A DNA stretch of 64,000 bases, taken from Carcharhinus amblyrhynchos. Its lineage: Eukaryota. A model generated the notes under the pieces. That model worked only from the letters and a program-made list of their open reading frames with translations, ran no database searches and was not told where the DNA came from. Of this stretch, positions 60,895 through 64,000 are shown piece by piece. Both the position numbers and the translations under genes were made by a program. The stretch lies in the NCBI GenBank assembly GCA_965287045.1, contig OZ336875.1:78244001-78308000 (forward strand), in the 5' to 3' direction. How positions within the stretch are numbered: position 1 is the stretch's first letter; the number at the start of each line of letters is the position of its first letter.

Positions 60895-61200
60895 AATCAT
60901 ACAATAAATGCAGAACGAGGCCATTTAGCCCATCTCTGAAGCACGTCTTTGGTAGAGCTATCCAATTAATCTGATTTTCCTGCTTTTTCCCCATAGAGCT
61001 GTAAATTCCTTCCCTTCAAGTATTTATCCAATTCTCTTTTGAATTTTGCTATTGAATCTCCCTCCACCACCCTTGCAAATAGTGTGTTATACATCAAAAT
61101 AATTTGCTAATTAAAAAAGTTTCTTCATGTCACTTCTAATTCTTTCACTCTATCAAAACCATTCCTTATTTTGAAAGCCTCTATCAAATCTTAACTTTTT
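60895..61200 (-). mobile_element. CR1 3' fragment
   Basis: GAATCATACAA..GCAGAACGAGGCCATTTAGCCCATC; CTTCAAGTATTTATCCAATTCTCTTTTGAA. Confidence 0.75.
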
Positions 61201-63587
61201 CAGCCAGTGATTTCTTCAAAATGATTGTTGTTTTCAAAAGAGGAAGTGAAACCACAGACTGCCAATCAGGCTTAGACTCTGTCAACATTGTGGTCAGGAT
61301 TAATGGGGTATTTGAGATCCATTCAAGCATGAAGAGAAATTAACATAAAATCAGGTGGCTGGAGGATCATAGAATTCCACTGAGCTGTCAAGGGAAGTCT
61401 TCTTTCAAGGCACTGCATGTTGAATTTGCGCGAGGTTAAAGGAAACTTGAAATCAGAACGGTGGCGCATACACTGGGGCAGAGTGCCCAGCTGGGCAGAC
61501 TGGATCACCGCCCTACTCCACCCACCTCCCCGCACCCCCCCACCTCCAGGTGACATCTCCTCTCTATCAGAGGACATCAAAGGGAGTCTGCTCACACCTG
61601 CAGCTTCTGACCAGAGAAAAAGGAAAATCTCTGCTGAAGAATGAAGTACTGCAATAGTTTAAAATGCTGTCAGGTGACCAAGGGGCATGGCGGTTAAAGT
61701 GACCTGATCACTTCAGAATTTGCACAGCTGACGGGCAGTTGTTGATCACAGAGCTGCCTGAAATCACCGTGCCAGGCATAATCTTCAGGTCTGCCAGGGC
61801 TAGAAGGGGCTGTTCAGCCATGGCACCCCCACCTTGGTGGAGAGTGGCGAGGTCAAAACCTTGCCTATAGCCCAAGAGATCTTTCCTCTGCAACCTGGCA
61901 GCAGCAAAAGGACAAATGGCCACTGAACCTATCTCCTCGAGCCCCTTCAGGGGCCTTATGAATCAGGGCAGGGTGTCAGTGCCCGGGTGTCAAGGGGCAC
62001 TGCACTGTTGGCATTGCTAAGACATGTGGTCTGCAAGGAGGCTGACTGAGGGGGACAGAGGGCTGTGTGGAAGGTCTGAAGGTGAAGGGAGGCTAAGCAG
62101 GATCAGGTTGGGTGACCCTCATGCTTGCATGGTGTATGGGAAAGTTGGGGGGGGCGCTGGTGAAGTGGGGGAGGTGATCCCTGATTTGAGTGTTGTGGGG
62201 TTGGGGGGGTGGAGGATGGCCCTCTTTTCTGAGGTGTTGATGGTACTCCCCTGGATCCTTGAGATCCAGGGTGCCATGTCCCTGATTGTGGGTCATACAT
62301 TTAAAGCCCGCCTGGTGCCATTCCCACTGGGGGGGTCTGATGAAGGCTGATGGATGACCTGTCAAACCTGCTAATGACATTCAAATTAGTGGGTTTGCAT
62401 AACTATCAGGTTGCTGTCTGCTCTGGGCAGAAACCCAAACAGGGCCAGTGGGGCGGGTCAGCTGACACCCCAAGAGCCCTCATGCCCATTGGGATGCCCC
62501 ATTCACTAGGAGGTTGGAGAGGTCGGAGAATCGCCCTTGAAGTTCATATTTTGCAATTTCCTTTTATTATTATTAGGTCTTTTAAAATATAAAGTACCCA
62601 TAAATCCAGTGTACTTCAACATCACTTCTTGGTGCTTGAATGGAGAAGGTTATTGTATTGAGCTGACCACAGTGTCTTCAGAAATGGAATATTTTCCTCG
62701 GGATCAAGTTTTTTTTGGCAACAATGTCCCTGCATTAATGATTGAAACACAGGGTTTATCTTCCACACGTTGGACATCTACAATCCTATAGTTTCAGGTG
62801 TAATCAATATTTAACATCAAATGTTTTTTTTCCCCCTCAATACAAATGGAAAGGTGGGTGTGCATCTTGCCATCATAAAAAAAATCAGTCTAGACATAGC
62901 CCTGAACTTGTTAAATCTATGCTTGTCAAAAGATGCTGTCAGTTTTGGAGAAACTCACTTATCGTTATCCCTGAAGAACCACTAGTGTCCCTGTGTGGGC
63001 TGCTTAGGCCAAATTCAAAGAGAACTGTACAAAGGCTATTTGCATTTTCATAACCCAGGCTGTTCAGCAGGAGCCGACTCATCTATTAAGGCAAAGAGAA
63101 CTACAATATTCCTTTTTCATTCTTAATGGTTCAGAATTTAACAATCCCAGACCAGGGATACATATCCTTAGTCAAAGAGAATGGGAAGAGGTAGGAATCA
63201 TTGGACATAACCTATGGCTAGTAACACCAGTAATCTTGCATCACAGCTGCAATGTCTCAGTCTGCCTTTTTAGCATCTGACTAACAGTGTCACGGGGCTC
63301 TGGCTCAGATTAGATACCTGGTCCCAAGCACACTGCTTCTCCTGTAAGCTCTATTCATCACCTACAAAACTGATTCATCTCTGTGTGCCTATATCATCGT
63401 GTGAGGTCACCACCACCAGAAAAGTGAATTATACGGCATCGGTTTCCAGGCCACCAATCTCGAAGTTAGGAACATCTAATTAAACTTTTATTCTCTACTC
63501 TGGATCCCATGTGAAACAATATTCACTGTGGTTTCTGCAGTGTAAATCTTCACTTTCTCTGTTCCAAGGGAGGCAACAGTTTTCACA

Positions 63588-64000
63588 TGCAGATGACCTA
63601 GACAACATTCAGGCTTGAACAGAGAAGTGACAAGAAGCACTCACTCTGCACAAATGTCAGGCAATGACCATCGCCAATGAATGGAGTCTAACCACTTCTT
63701 GATATTCAACAACAGTGCCATTTTCAAATCCTCCATCATCCATGGCTGAGAGTATCCCCATTGACCAGATACATACAGAATCAGCCGTACAATTATGTGA
63801 TTATAAGTGAAGGACAGAGGGTGGGTACTCTGCAATGAGTGACTTCTCAAATTGTTTCCACTATCTACAAGGCACAAGACAAAACTGATGGAATGCTTCC
63901 CACTTGACTGGATCAATGCAGCTCCAATAACAATGAAGAAGCTTGACACCATCCAGGGCAAAGTTGGCACAACATCCACCACCTTAAACATTCATTCCTT
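63588..64000 (+). mobile_element. CR1/L2-group LINE RT C-terminal fragment, runs off the window
   Basis: DLDNIQA*TEK*Q..LTLHKCQAMTI...STIYKAQ...MECFPLDWINAAPITMKKLDTIQGK. Confidence 0.8.

Overview
Non-coding, repeat-dense vertebrate DNA. The repeat set indicates a cartilaginous fish (shark): HE1/V-type SINEs, Deu-domain SINEs, many CR1 and L2 fragments, and GIY-YIG Penelope-like elements. I see no intact, recognisable host protein-coding gene; nearly all listed ORFs are chance ORFs or decayed transposon frames. Supported content: (1) two old, internally deleted Gypsy-like LTR elements (2272-5487 on -, ~8488-11171 on +); (2) four copies of one Penelope-like family, 97-930 bp, all with inverted ends, three of them retaining hammerhead-ribozyme-like cores, plus a second Penelope family; (3) PIF/Harbinger transposase and Myb/SANT relics and GGGC-terminated TIR elements, some nested; (4) many SINEs and LINE fragments; (5) two short local duplications at CR1 junctions. 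A 130-N run (5578-5707) is bracketed by minus-strand splice signals. Together with a strong minus-strand intron at 18093-18412, this hints at a sparse spliced minus-strand gene that I cannot identify. All family calls come from motif recognition by eye with no database search; boundaries are approximate unless TSDs or TIRs are quoted. I cannot demonstrate a new biological system. The best leads are the fold-back hammerhead/Penelope series and the exon-shaped gap.
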